From positions 6,949,579-7,013,578 of the forward strand of contig NC_057718.1 in the NCBI RefSeq assembly GCF_004010195.1: 64,000 bases of DNA, given 5' to 3'. Each line of letters opens with the position of its first letter. Position 1 is the first letter of the stretch. Shown in pieces: positions 38,510-50,255 of the stretch. Both the position numbers and the translations under genes were made by a program. The stretch is from Chiloscyllium plagiosum (lineage: Eukaryota). Below the pieces are notes generated by a model. It saw nothing but the letters and a program-made list of their open reading frames with translations. It was not told the DNA's origin and searched no databases.

Positions 38510-38755
38510 AAAAACCCAAAGAATTGCGGATGCTGTAAACCAGAAACAAAAACCAAAATTGCTGGAAAAGCTCAGCAGGTCTGGCAGCATCTGTGGAGAG
38601 AAATCAGAGTGAATGTTTCTAGTCAAGCGATCCTTCCTCAACACTTCCTCAGTTCTGAGGAAGAGTCGCTTGACCTGAAACATTCACTCTGATTTCTCTC
38701 CACAGATGCTGCCAGACCTGCTGAGCTTTTTCAGCACTTTCTGTTTTTGTCTCTT
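38510..38755. mobile_element. Palindromic Penelope-end derivative
   Basis: aaaagctcagcaggtctggcagcatctgtggagagaaatcagagtgaatgtttc and its reverse complement. Confidence 0.88.
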
Positions 38756-39514
38756 TTTTGACGTATTGGATCCACCAAGGAACTTTCTTGTTCATCAAAA
38801 CGCGTGTTAGTATTTTTGAGTTGGAGGTCATAAGATTAATTTAAATCCCCAGCTGAAATAAATCAAGGCGTCCTAACCACACCAAGAAACCAGAGACGGG
38901 CCATTGATTGTCTGGGATTTTCCACTTCCAGTTTGAATGCGTAGATAAGCACAGTTTACCTTTTGAACTATAATTAGCCCAGATGTGGTTGATTTGCACT
39001 CATTTTAGATTTGTGTACCAGCTCCTCAACCAAGTGTTTCTACTTAACTCCATTTAAAAATTTTAATTCCCTGAACTAAAATTTAAATGTCTAAAACATA
39101 TGAATTATGAAATCAGATATTTGCATCAGTAGATTTTATCGGAGTTTCGTTCCATTGTTTTGCTTCATTGCAGCTGTCAACATGTTGGATTTAGCGAAAG
39201 AAGATCCTTTAATATAGTTGAATTTGAATTTTACGTTAGGAGGGAAACACTGGCGCAACACATTACTCCCAATGCGTCTTTGATCAACAGCTCAGAAAAT
39301 AACACATGTGAGTTCAGAACAGCAGAGAGATGCCAAATCACGCAGTGTGTCCTTATTACATGCTCATAGCTTTCTCTTTTATGAATTGTTTGATCAGTTG
39401 AAATACTTCCTCACAAAGCATAAAGGCAATATATCACGGACATAGCCTTGCCATATTGTATGACTAACAATAGGAGAAGCAACCACTTCCATAATAGTAT
39501 TGTTATAGCTCCAA

Positions 39515-39790
39515 ACTTAGGGGGAAGCAGATTTAGGATGGAGTTGAGGAGGAACGTCTTCACCCAAAGGGTTGTGAATCTGTAGAATTCCCTGCCTAGT
39601 TGATGTTGCCCTCATTGAATGATTTTAAGGCAAAGATCTTTAGATCTTTGAACAGTAAAGGAATTAAGGGTAATGGTGAGTAGGCAGGTGAGTAGAGATG
39701 AGTCCACAAAAGTCATGACCTTATTGAATGGTGGGGCAGGCCCAAAAGGCCAGATGGCCTACTCCTGCTCCTATTGCTTATGTTTTTATC
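39515..39790 (+). mobile_element. CR1 3' end
   Basis: tttaggatggagttgaggaggaacgtcttcacccaaaggg. Confidence 0.8.
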
Positions 39791-40399
39791 TTCTGTCTCT
39801 GAGGATAATCACTCATTCCCAAGCATTGCTTCTCTCTCATGTCTACCAATTTCCAGAGCTCTTCTCCCTGGTCCATGAATGTAGGCTCATGGTAGAGTCC
39901 TCAGTTTATCTTTCAGCACTGCTTATGAACATGTTGAATATTACTCATAAGGGAATGGCTGAAATCTAGTGGAGGTCCCTTTCTGGACCATTTCTCATTA
40001 ACTCCTCTGAAGAGTCTGATGGTGAACAGCTCCTAGAGACTGTGTTGGCCATTGTTCAGAACTGCCTTGAGGATGGATTCCTCCTGCTGCTTCATCAATG
40101 ATGCCTTTGCATTGCTTCAGCCACATTTCAGTTGCTCCTCAGCTATCTGGTTCCAGGAACTGCTGATGTAATTTTGCAATGATTCCCAGAGTCTGCATCC
40201 CTTGGCAGGGGAAGGCTATCTTTGTTTTTTAAGCAGTTCTTATGGAAATGGTTGACTGACGGTGATGCCTCACCGTGTATGTGGACACAGTAGCCAGATG
40301 CAACCTGTCAATGTTGCGGATGGGGGAGCTAACTGAATTGCATGCCTTTCTTGCATTGGTCTTGCAAGGGGAATTATTGGAGGAGGAAGACCAAAGCTT

Positions 40400-41155
40400 T
40401 GCTATGGTTTAGTGAGTAATGCGCTCATTTCTGACTCTGAAGGCTGTGAGTTCAAGTTCCACCCAAGAACCCACACAACTGTGTGTTATATTTAACGAAT
40501 AAAGGCTAAAACTGCTGCAAAGTTCTGAGGAAAGTCTAACCATCTCAGAAGATACACTGAACTGTGACCTCACCTGCCCTATCAACAGGCAGCCTTTGCA
40601 GAAGTAAAAGGGGCTACTGGTCAATCGATTTCAGAATCACAGTATTGTTACGGTGCAGAAAGAGGCCATTTGGTCCATCATACCAGTTCTATGACCTAGG
40701 GCAAATCTTTTGCCTTTTCCCTGCACACTAACCAAATAATGATCCAATGCCCCTCTTGAATGCCTCAGTTGAACCTGCTCCATCATATTTCCAGACAGTG
40801 CAATCTACACCCTAACCATGCACTGGGTGAAAATGTTTCTTTTTCTCACATCACCCTTGCTTCGCTTGCACATCACTTTAAATCCATGCCCTCTCATCCT
40901 TATTTCTTTTATGAGTGGAAAGAGCTTCACTCTCTCTCCTCTATCCAGCCCGCTCATGATTTTGAAAATCATTACCCAATCTCCTCTCTGTCTTGTCCTC
41001 TCCTTTAAAAACAGTCCCAATTTCTTCAATCTATCCTCGTGACTGAAGTTTCTCATTCCTGGAACCATTTACTTTCTCCATCAGCAAGTTCTCCAGTCAA
41101 GTATTGAGTTACTGTTTGTGGGACTGTGCCTCTAGCAAATTGGTCGATGTATTAA
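40400..41155 (+). mobile_element. DeuSINE relic interrupted by a minus-strand CR1 (40633-41068)
   Basis: Head ctgactctgaaggctgtgagttcaagttccac; core resumes actgtttgtgggac; CR1 MVPGMRNFSHEDRLKKLGLF. Confidence 0.65.
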
Positions 41156-41342
41156 AATGATTGAAAATTGTGGTAACAAACACATAGTAACAGGACCTGA
41201 AGTAGAAGTGAAAACTGTTGGATAAATTGGCTAATCCGGGGTCAGTTCCCCTTGGTAATTCCCTGCCTCATGAATGTCCATCTTAATCTAGGTAATTCTC
41301 CATCATTACCCTTGACTTCTTTTGTGTTGCTATTGTGTTGCT

Positions 41343-41415
41343 TCCTCGGTAGTATAGTGGTTAGTATCCCTGCCTGTTCATGTGGGAGACCGCAGTTCAA
41401 TTCCCCACCAGGGTG
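41343..41415 (+). pseudogene. tRNA-Asp(GTC)-derived pseudogene
   Basis: TCCTCGGTAGTATAGTGGTTAGTATCCCTGCCTGTTCATGTGGGAGACCGCAGTTCAATTCCCCACCAGGGTG aligns with vertebrate tRNA-Asp; extra T in anticodon loop and CpG decay in stems; TTTT at 41422-41425. Confidence 0.85.
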
Positions 41416-41427
41416 GAATAGTTTTAT

Positions 41428-41703
41428 GGGTGGCACTATGGCTCAGTGGTTAGCACTGCTGCCTCACAGCACCAGGGTCCCAGGTTTGATTCCAGCCTCA
41501 GGCGACTGTCTGTGTGGAGTTTGCACATTCTCCCCGTGTCTGCATAGGTTTCCTCCCACAGTCCAAAGATGTGCAAGCCAGGTGAATTGGCCATGTTAAA
41601 TTGCCCATAGTGTTCGGTGCATTAGTCAGAGGAGAAATGGGTCTGGGTGGTGGACTGGTTGGGCCAAAGGGCCTGTTTCCACACTGTAGGGAATCTAATC
41701 TAT
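41428..41703 (+). mobile_element. HE1/V-SINE
   Basis: A/B boxes, V core, aatctaatct tail. Confidence 0.92.
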
Positions 41704-42329
41704 TGTATTCTGCATATTGCAGGAGAATGCAACTCAATTCTAATTAGGCGATGAACAAATTGTAGAATTCAAAGGACAAGACCTACTCTTTCTTTGATTA
41801 TACCGTACAAAATCCACTTTGCAGTTAGTAACCAATATGGTGGACAGAAAGGCAATATTGCTTTCCAGCTGGCATGATGTCACTTGCTATATTGATGTGG
41901 ATAGACAAGGAACATTGGACTACAGGCTCCATTGAAGCAGTTCTCACGCACCCATTAGCTGTCACTTGAAGGGCGGCACTGGGAATAGTCTGAGACAAGA
42001 TCAATCAGCATGCCAGAAAATTGTTAAAAACAGCTGGGGCAACAGAAAAAATAAATTCAAATGGAATTGGCTGAAGAAAAAAGGCATTTATTGAATGTTT
42101 TGAGTTACTGAAAAATGAAGATGAATATGGTCAAAATATTTGCAAAAAAAAAAGCAATTAACTCATTGCTTGGACCTTGAAGACATTGCAACTCTTTGTC
42201 TTCTCATGGAATTGTATCTCACGCCACAGGTAGAGGCTGTTTGGACCAACAACTCTGTGACATTTTTGTGAAAGAGAGATCCATTCTGCCTTCTCTTTCC
42301 CCATGTAGTTGTTTTTATTTGTGTTTATA

Positions 42330-42765
42330 TCCATATCCGCCATTTTCATATCTTACTTGCGGATGCCCCCAAGGAAAGCCTGAGTACACAGGAAGTGATG
42401 ACTCAATTCACTGGAGTGAAGATCTCTGGGTATATGGTGTTATCTTTCTGCTGAATGTGGGAAAGCCCAACTCTAATGTTGTTGACAGAGTGATCAATGT
42501 ATGTTGATAGAATTAGCATGCCAAAAGACCTCAGAATCACTGCCCTGGTCCAGCCAAGAGATATCAAGGATACCATGAAGAGAGTGGAGGTGGAAACTGG
42601 CCAAACTTTCCTCATGCCTGTAGTTCAGGTCTCTACACTGGAGAGGAGAGCAATGAGGACACAGGTTGGGTAGACTCACAGTATGACATTCAAGTGTAAC
42701 TATTGCTCCAAACTCTCTAGACCTCTGGAGGCTGACTGTTTTGGAGAGAATTGAAAGAGGTGAGC
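42330..42765 (-). mobile_element. RTE-clade LINE RT C-terminal fragment
   Basis: FHLHSLHGILDISWLDQGSDSEVF resembles the RTE motif FHLRCLRRILGISWQDKVTNSEVL. Confidence 0.75.
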
Positions 42766-42804
42766 AGAATGAAAAACCCTCAGCTGATTCAGGGCACAGA
42801 CTCA

Positions 42805-43060
42805 TGGTGAGGGAGGGAAAGTTTATGGGACAAGTGGGGCGGAAATGTTTCACACAGAGGGTGCCTAGAACGCACTGCCAATGGAGGTAGAGGAAACAGG
42901 CATGTTAGCAATGTTTAAGGCATATCTTAATAGACACATGAACAAAGGAGAACAGAGAGATAGAAACTGTGCGTGGGCAATAATTAGCGAGTCTAAATGA
43001 TTACAGTCAGTGCAGGTTATGTGGGCTGAAGGGCCAGGTCCTGTGTTGTATTGTATTGTA
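42805..43060 (+). mobile_element. CR1 3' end
   Basis: ggaaatgtttcacacagaggg; ttgtattgtattgta tail. Confidence 0.75.
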
Positions 43061-43639
43061 TAGATCTAGAAGAGGGCTCAGAGAAAACAGAGGCCAGTGA
43101 ACCTGATAACATCTCAGCCCACAATCTCCTTCTACAGCAATGCGAAGCTTGTCATATCAGAGCTGGACTACTTAGTCATGTCAGGTGATGCCTACTGCAA
43201 AGGAGACCACCTCAATCACAACCTGTTGTCTTACTAGAGAGAAGACTGTCAGCATTATAGATTTATCCAAATATATTGTCTATAGCCTACAAGGTTTTGA
43301 AACTCAATTTTTGAGGTCAGTTGGCTGTTATTTCCCAGTTTGTTTTCATCTCTCATTTTTTATAATCTGATTTATGTGCAATACAAGCCCTGATTGACCC
43401 ATCCACCTGATCGCTATTGTCAATTAAATCCCATTGACAGCCCTTCCCATCCTGAAGTTCAGACATTTGCACCCTTCCAAAAATCCGAACTCTGGATGGG
43501 CATAAATTTATCCACAGCAACAACACAGTCGAAAAACTGTGTCACAGGCGTCTGTTCATTTGGGGCTGGTAACCAAGAGACTGTGGGTTCCTTCAATGTG
43601 TGTTGTGAAATTAGTCGCAATCAATCGTGTGTGAGTGGG

Positions 43640-44330
43640 TAGCATCCTTGTTTTGGTGTCAGATGATGATGGGTTCAAGTGCCATCCAGATACAGGCTAA
43701 TGATCGAGTGTTGCACTGAGAGTCCACCACACAAGCCAACGTTCCATCCTTTGACTCCATCAATACCTCTCACTGCCTCGGGAAGGCAGCCATCATCAAA
43801 GATCCCTCCGGCCCTGGTTGTAATCTCTTCCAACTTCTTCAGTTGGGCAGGAGATACAAAAGTTTAAACGCATATGCCAACAGGTTCAAGAATAGTTTCT
43901 GGACCTGAAACGTTAACTCTAATTTCTCTCCACAGATGCTGACCTGCTGAGATTTTGCAGCAAATTCTGCTTTTATTTCAATAATAGTTTCTTACCCTGT
44001 GGTTATTAGACTTCTGAATGAACCCCTCAAATGTTAAAATTTAATGTTGATCTTGCTGTTTGTGCACCTTTGCTGATCCAATAACATTGCATTACTCTCT
44101 TTGTTCTATTATCCTAATACACATTGTATGGTATGATCTGCCTTACTGCATGTAAAACAAAGCTTTTCACTGTAACTAGGTACATGTGACAATAATAAAT
44201 CAAATTGACAGTGATGAGTAGTCAGAGACACTGCCTTTTAGATAGTAAATCAACTAAAGCTCCATTTTCTGTCCTGGGTGGACATGAGTGATCGACAAAG
44301 AGCAGGAGGACTTCTCTCCTATATTGGTGT
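43640..44330 (+). mobile_element. Triple nest: DeuSINE > Rex1/Babar 3' end (43722-44205) > Penelope end (43901-43982)
   Basis: 10-bp TSD aatagtttct at 43891-43900 and 43983-43992; Rex tail gtgacaataataaatcaaat. Confidence 0.75.
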
Positions 44331-44414
44331 TGTGAAAAAATTATAGGTGACACTAAAACAGGTGGGAAAGTAAGTTGCAATAAAGAAACAAATAATTTAC
44401 AAATGGATATGAAT

Positions 44415-44973
44415 TAGTGAGTTTTGAGAAGATTTGAGCTCAGGTTGAAGTTCTGGACGTAGGTTTGCTCGCTGAGTTGGAAGGTTTGTTTTCAGACGTT
44501 TCGTCACCATACTATATAACATCATCAGTGAGCCTCCAATTGAAGCACTGGTGGCATGGTCCACTTTCTATTTAGGTGTTCAGGTTTCCTTGGGTTGGTG
44601 GTGTACTTTCCTGTGATGACATCATTTCCTTTCCTGTTCTTTTTCTCCAGGGATGGTAAATGCGATCCAAATCGACGTGTTTGTTGATAGATTTCCAATT
44701 GGAATGCTATGCTTCGAGGAATTCTATCAACAAATATATTGACTTGGATCCTATTTACCACCCCCTGAGAAAAAGAACAGGAAATGACATCACCGCAGGA
44801 AATTATGTCACCACAGGAAATTGCATTACCAACCAAAGGAAACCTAAACACATAATTAGAAAACGGACCCTGCCACCAGTGCTTTCATCCGGAGACTCAC
44901 TGATGATGTTATCCAGTATGGCAATGAAACATCTGAAAACGAACCTTCCAGCTCAGTGAGCAAACCTACATCC
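44415..44973. mobile_element. 559-bp head-to-head Penelope-end element with a hammerhead motif on each strand and a 7-bp TSD
   Basis: Motifs 44495-44528 (-) and 44900-44933 (+); tatgaat at 44408-44414 and 44974-44980. Confidence 0.88.
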
Positions 44974-45089
44974 TATGAATAGTTAGGTGAATGGGCCAAA
45001 ATTTAACAGATCTTATTTAATTTAACAAATTTCTTATCAAATTTAACAAAACTTAACGTGGATAAGTGAGAGGTTATCCATTTTTTGGG

Positions 45090-45370
45090 AGGGTGGTAAA
45101 GTGGCTCAATGGTTAGCACTGCTGCCTCACAGCACCTAGGACCTGGGTTCAATTCCAGCCTTGGGCAACTGTCAGTGTGGAGTTTGCACATTCTCCTGTA
45201 CCTGCGTGGGTTTCCTCGCAGAGTCCAAAGCTGTGTAGGTTAGGTGAATTGGCCACGCTAAATTGTCCAAAGTGTTCAGAGATGTGTAGGTTAGGGTGGG
45301 TTACTCTTCGGAGGGTCAGTGTGGACTTGTTGGGCTGAAGGGCCTGCTTCCACACTGTAGGGATTCTATT
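45090..45370 (+). mobile_element. HE1/V-SINE
   Basis: Head, core and tail. Confidence 0.9.
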
Positions 45371-47077
45371 CTTTGTTAGGAAGAATAGAAAGAAAACTTA
45401 ATTTCTAAATGGAGCTTCAGTGCAGGGGGAATTGGGTGTTCTTGTGCATGAATCACAGTAAAATACCATTCTGGTGCAGCAAGTAATAAGGAAGGCTAAT
45501 GGATTTCTTTTTTGCTAAAGGAATAGAGAATAAAAGGAGGGAGGTGTTGCTGCAACTGTACAAGGCAAGGAATATCACAAACAATTTGTGTCCCCTTGCA
45601 AAAAGATGTGGTTGCATTGGAGGCAGTTCAGTGGAGGTTTACTGGACTGATTCCAGAGATGAGAGGTCTGTCTTAGGGAAAGAGATTGAGCAGTTTAGGC
45701 CAATACTTTCTGGGGTATAGAAGAATGAGAGGAGATCTCATTGAGGTATACAAGATGCTCAAGGGTATTGGCAAAGGAGATGTAGAGAAAATGTTTTGTC
45801 ATGTGAGGCAATCTGGAATGAGAGGTCATAATTATAGGATAAAGGGTAGCAGATTTATAACTGAGACAAGGAGAAATTACATCACCCAAAGGGTTATCCA
45901 TCTGTTGAATTCACTACCCCAGAGTGAGGTAAACACTGGGACATTGAATAAATTTCAGGAGGAGATAGATTTTTAATTATCAATGGGTTGAAGAATTATG
46001 GAGAGTGGGCAGGAAGGTGGAGTTGAGGCAGAGATGAGATGGTACAATCTGCCTATGGAGCACGCAAAACCAACTATTCACTGTATCTCGGTACATGTAA
46101 CAACAATCGATACATCATTTGAGACTCTTAATTTGACAATTCAGAAACCTAGGGTTGCGTTTTTACATTTTTTTTGTCTCAAAAATATTGGAACGTGTGG
46201 ACCTAAGAGGAATGCTGTTGTCTTCGGGATGAGCTAATTGCCAGAAGAGTTAAATACGGTTTGCAACTCTGACCTGGAAAGCTTTCCATTTTATTAACTG
46301 CCAGTCATTTCCAGTGTTTCCAACGCTGAAGCATGTAATGGAGAATAAGTTGAAAAATATTCCATCGGCATCCAAATAGCGAAGTGGTGATAGAAGTGCC
46401 CTACTTAATGCGTGGTTTAGGGTGACTGCACATTCTCTTGCCATCTGTGTAACAGACTATTCTAGAATAAAGACTAACTAAGAATTCACACTTTGCTTTG
46501 CATACAGGAATTCTGCCACAGCCTCGCTTTTTGTTTTTTCATCTTGTCTTTAAAAGAAATTCTCTTTCCTGGTGAAAAACAGAATAATAGCTTCTTTGGA
46601 TGTAGTGCATATGTGAACGTAAAATCTGAACTAACCACTATGGTCAATCTGGCTGCTCCTGCCTGTTCTGAAGTTTAAAATCAATTCCCACATAAAACTT
46701 TGTCTCTTCAATCCCTTAATCTCTACCAGATCCCTATCTAAGTTTTTCCTTGAATCTACAGCAAATATTGGCCCGCATTGCCCCAACAATATGTTTTGGT
46801 TAATCCCCTTGGTTATGCTGTGCAACATTGGCCTTTGCCATCCACCTCAACAAAGGGAAGAATTTGCAAGTCCATTAGGAAAGAATGGGATAGTTCTTTC
46901 AAAGAGTTAGCAAAAGCAGATGGACTGAACAGCCCCCTACTGTGTTGTATCTTTGTAAGTGGAAAGAAGGAAACTTGTAAACTACTTTATAGGAGTGTTG
47001 AAGCAACCGAGATCATTAATCAGGGTTAAAAAGGAAAACATGCAAATTGGAAATCATAATGGACACTATGGGGAATA

Positions 47078-47232
47078 AAGTTAAAAATCACACAACACCA
47101 GGTTATAGTCCAACAGGTTTAATTGAAAGCACTAGCTTTATAGTCCAACAGGTTTAATTGAAAGCACTAGCTTTCGGAGCGTTGTTCCTTCATCAGGTGG
47201 TTCATTACAACCACCTGATGAAGGAGCAGTAT
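47078..47232 (-). mobile_element. Penelope-end element with a perfect 35-bp tandem duplication and hammerhead motif (47168-47196)
   Basis: 47103-47137 equals 47138-47172; CTGATGAAGGAACAACGCTCCGAAAGCTA on the minus strand. Confidence 0.85.
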
Positions 47233-47489
47233 GCATATAGTCTAATGGTATCAATTCTCAAAGCTTTTCCCATCGTAACCTCACATGCAAATTTGCAAAT
47301 AGTCCTGAGCTGTTGGTGAGAGCTGTGAGTGACGTAGAGGCAGTTGTGGGAGGTGAGGCCTGAGAAATTGACAGCACAGCTCTTTAAAGCTTGGTTAGTG
47401 TCCATGATGATCCTCACTTCCTCAGCACTCGTGACCCCAGAGTTTCCACTTGTGACTATGTCAGGGGGTTCTGATCCCACCCTGCAGAG

Positions 47490-47617
47490 TCAGAGTCATA
47501 TCGCATGGAAACAGACCCTTTGGTCCAACTAGTCCATGTTGACCATAATCCCAAACTAAACTATTCCCACCTGCCTGTGCTTGGCCCATATCCCTCCAAA
47601 CCTTTGCTGTTCATGCA
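47490..47617 (-). mobile_element. CR1/HER1 tail
   Basis: gcatggaaacagaccctttggtccaac. Confidence 0.8.
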
Positions 47618-48400
47618 AATGCAAGAAATCTAGAAGTAAATCTAGAAATAAGCTTGAACCTTAAAACCAGCTGCAAGATCCACACTACTCTCAGTCCACC
47701 ATTTCAGACACACTGCTCAATAGTGTGAAACATCTCTAAAGGAAGAGATTAGAGAGGGTGCAAGAGTCAAGGTAATGCTTGGATTTATGAAAGGCAAGGT
47801 GTTCCCAGTGATTATTAGAGCTGCCTTTTGGACATTATACTGTAGAGAGTGAATATGTAGTAACAAACATTGTACCAGATTTCCCTTTTCAGCTTTGAAG
47901 TTCTTGTTTACAGCACTCAATATCAATGCAGTTTGCCGAGAAGGAGCGATGGCTAAATCTGTTGATAACGCAACACAGGCACTTTGAAAGTGGATAAATA
48001 AAAGTCCGTTATTGCAGGAGATCTGAATTAGAAACAGAAAGAGCTGGAGAGATTCAGCATCATTAGAGAGACAAATACAAGAGTTAATGCTTCAAGTCCA
48101 ATAGGACTCTTGTTCAGAACTCTTCAGAACGTTTGACAGTAATGTGGTTCAGAAGTCATCTCAGACTTTAGGCAGAACCTTATACTGGCCAGAACAATGT
48201 GGACAATGGGGTAGGAAATGTAGCAGAATCATATGAAAAGACTATCTCAACATCGGAACATCTAGCTGTATCTTTTAATCAAGACCCAGCCTGGGGTCAC
48301 TTCTGAAAAATTCTTTCATGGGATGTGGATATTACTGGCTAGGCCAACAATTGTTGCCAATAATTGCCTATGAAGGTGATGATGAGATGCATTCCTGAAC

Positions 48401-48743
48401 AGGCACAGTGGCTCAAGGGTTAGCACTGCCTCACAGCACCAGGGACCTGGGTTCGATTCCAGCTTCAGGTGACTGTCTGTGGAGTTTGCACATCCTCCCT
48501 GTGTCTGTGGGGATTTCCTTTGGGTGCTCCAGTATCCTCCTACAGTCCAAGGATGTGCAGGTTAGGGTGGATTGGCTGTGCTAAATTGTACCTTAGTGTT
48601 CAGGGATGTGCAGGCTAAGTGGGTTAGTCATGGGGAAGTATGGGAATGGGATGGACGAGGATAGGTCGAAGTGGGATGATCTTCAGAGGGTCAGTGTGGA
48701 CTCGATGGGCTGAATGGCCTGTTTCCACACTGTAGGGAATCTA
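48401..48743 (+). mobile_element. HE1/V-SINE inside a minus-strand LINE family 2 fragment (about 48310-48970)
   Basis: tgaac duplicated at 48396-48400 and 48744-48748. Confidence 0.85.
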
Positions 48744-49245
48744 TGAACCACTGCAGTTCAAATGGTGTGGGGAGACTCAAAGTACTGTTAGGGAGGGAAT
48801 TCCTGGATTTAGATCTAAGGACAGTGATTAAATTTCCCAGCTGGGATGCATACGTCCTGTGAGGTACTTGTGGGTAGTGATGTTCTCATACACCTGCTGC
48901 TCTGATCCAAGTGGTCGGGTCCTCAGGATTGGAAGGTCTGATTGAAGAAGACTTTGTAACTTGCTCCAGATCTTCTGCTTGGTCAGAACAGGACCGTAAG
49001 ACCGATTCCTTCCCTAAAATATTATTAGTGAGCCAGCTGAGGTTCATATAAGATGATAAGGCCAACTCGGGACAGAAAGCCAGTGATGCCCATGTCCCTT
49101 AAGTGATCAAAAAAAGGCAGCTCCATGATCCATTTTCAATTGAATCAGATTCAAATTCTTACCGTCCAAGTTGCCCTGCATTTTTAGTGCAGAGACATTC
49201 ACATAAGGGCCATAGATAGGCTGAGGAACCTATCAGGAGACAGAC

Positions 49246-49906
49246 GGGTGTTGGCAAGCGAAGACACTCCAGCTGGTGCTCCTCTCCGTAACACGTTCTT
49301 TTTCATTTCTTTTCCTTTTTTCTTTTTCCTCCTTCCTGCTTTTTCTTCAACGAATGACTTTGACTTATCCAGAGGCTGGAGCATGAAAACAGTCCCAGAG
49401 TGAAGGCCAGAGCAGGGAAGCAGTCCCGGAGCGGGGATCAGAGCAGGGAAGCAGTCCCGGAGCGGGGATCAGAGCAGGGAAACAGTTCCAGAGCAGGGAA
49501 GCAGTCCCGGAGCGGGGATCAGAGCAGGGAAACAGTTCCAGAACAGGGAAGCAGTCCCGGAGCAAACTTCCCTTGAAGCAGCTGGCAGCCAGTGCAGGGT
49601 GGTCTGGATGCTCGTAGTGGAGTGGGGGGCGTTGTTGGACTGGAGTCTGGTGCGGGTGGTCAGATCATGTAGAGAAGCCCCTTGGCTGAGCTCCTGCAAT
49701 GTAATATGTATGTGTAATTAGTTTATCTGACTGTAATGACTATCCTTTTAACTATGTTTTATTCCTGTAAAGTAATGCAACTACTTTTCTTTTTTATTCC
49801 TCTTTTTGTATCTAAGATTTGTATTGAGGTACTTGTACCTAAGATGGCGACATTATAAAACATTTCACTGTACTCCTGTACACCTGCACTTGAGTATACG
49901 TGACAT
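49246..49906 (+). mobile_element. Non-coding element with internal 31/19-bp minisatellite and Rex1/Babar-like tail
   Basis: Array 49408-49563; tail gtacctaagatggcg..ttcactgtactcctgtac..gtgaca also present inverted at 58600-58695. Confidence 0.6.
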
Positions 49907-49934
49907 GAGAGGATACTCGAGTCTATTCTACTCT

Positions 49935-50255
49935 GGCCAAGGTCTTTTTCCTGGGGTAGGTAAGTCCAGAACTTGAGGTCAGAGATTTAAGGTGAGAGGG
50001 GACAGATTTCAAAAGGACCTGAGGGGTAACATTTTCACGCAGACGGTGGTGCGTGTGTGGAATGAGCTGCCAGAGGAAGTGGTGGAGGCTGGTACAATTG
50101 CAACATTTAAAAGACATCTGGATGGGTAAATGAATAGGAAAGGTTTAGAGGGACATGGGCCAAGCACTAGCAAATGGGACTAGATTAATTTAGGATATTT
50201 GGTCGGCATGGATGAGTTGGACCAAAGGGTCTGTTTCCATGCTGTGTGACCCTAT
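49935..50255 (+). mobile_element. CR1/HER1 3' end
   Basis: ggaatgagctgccagaggaagtggtggaggctggtac. Confidence 0.9.

Larger units (their letters stand above)
44345..46040 (+). mobile_element. CR1 RT/3' fragment interrupted by a Penelope palindrome and an HE1 SINE
   Basis: DTKTGGKV before 44415, resumes at 44974; RRMRGDLIEVYKML. Confidence 0.85.

Noticed and set aside
38914..38923. Perfect kappaB motif GGGATTTTCC
   Set aside because: A single 10-mer without supporting context is expected by chance in 64 kb.
42010..42150. KNKFKWNWLKKK, faintly like a DNA-transposase N-terminus
   Set aside because: Too short and A-rich, flanked by stops, no terminal inverted repeats seen.
49408..49563. 31-bp direct repeats as a CRISPR array
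   Set aside because: Units are contiguous with no unique spacers, no cas genes, vertebrate context.
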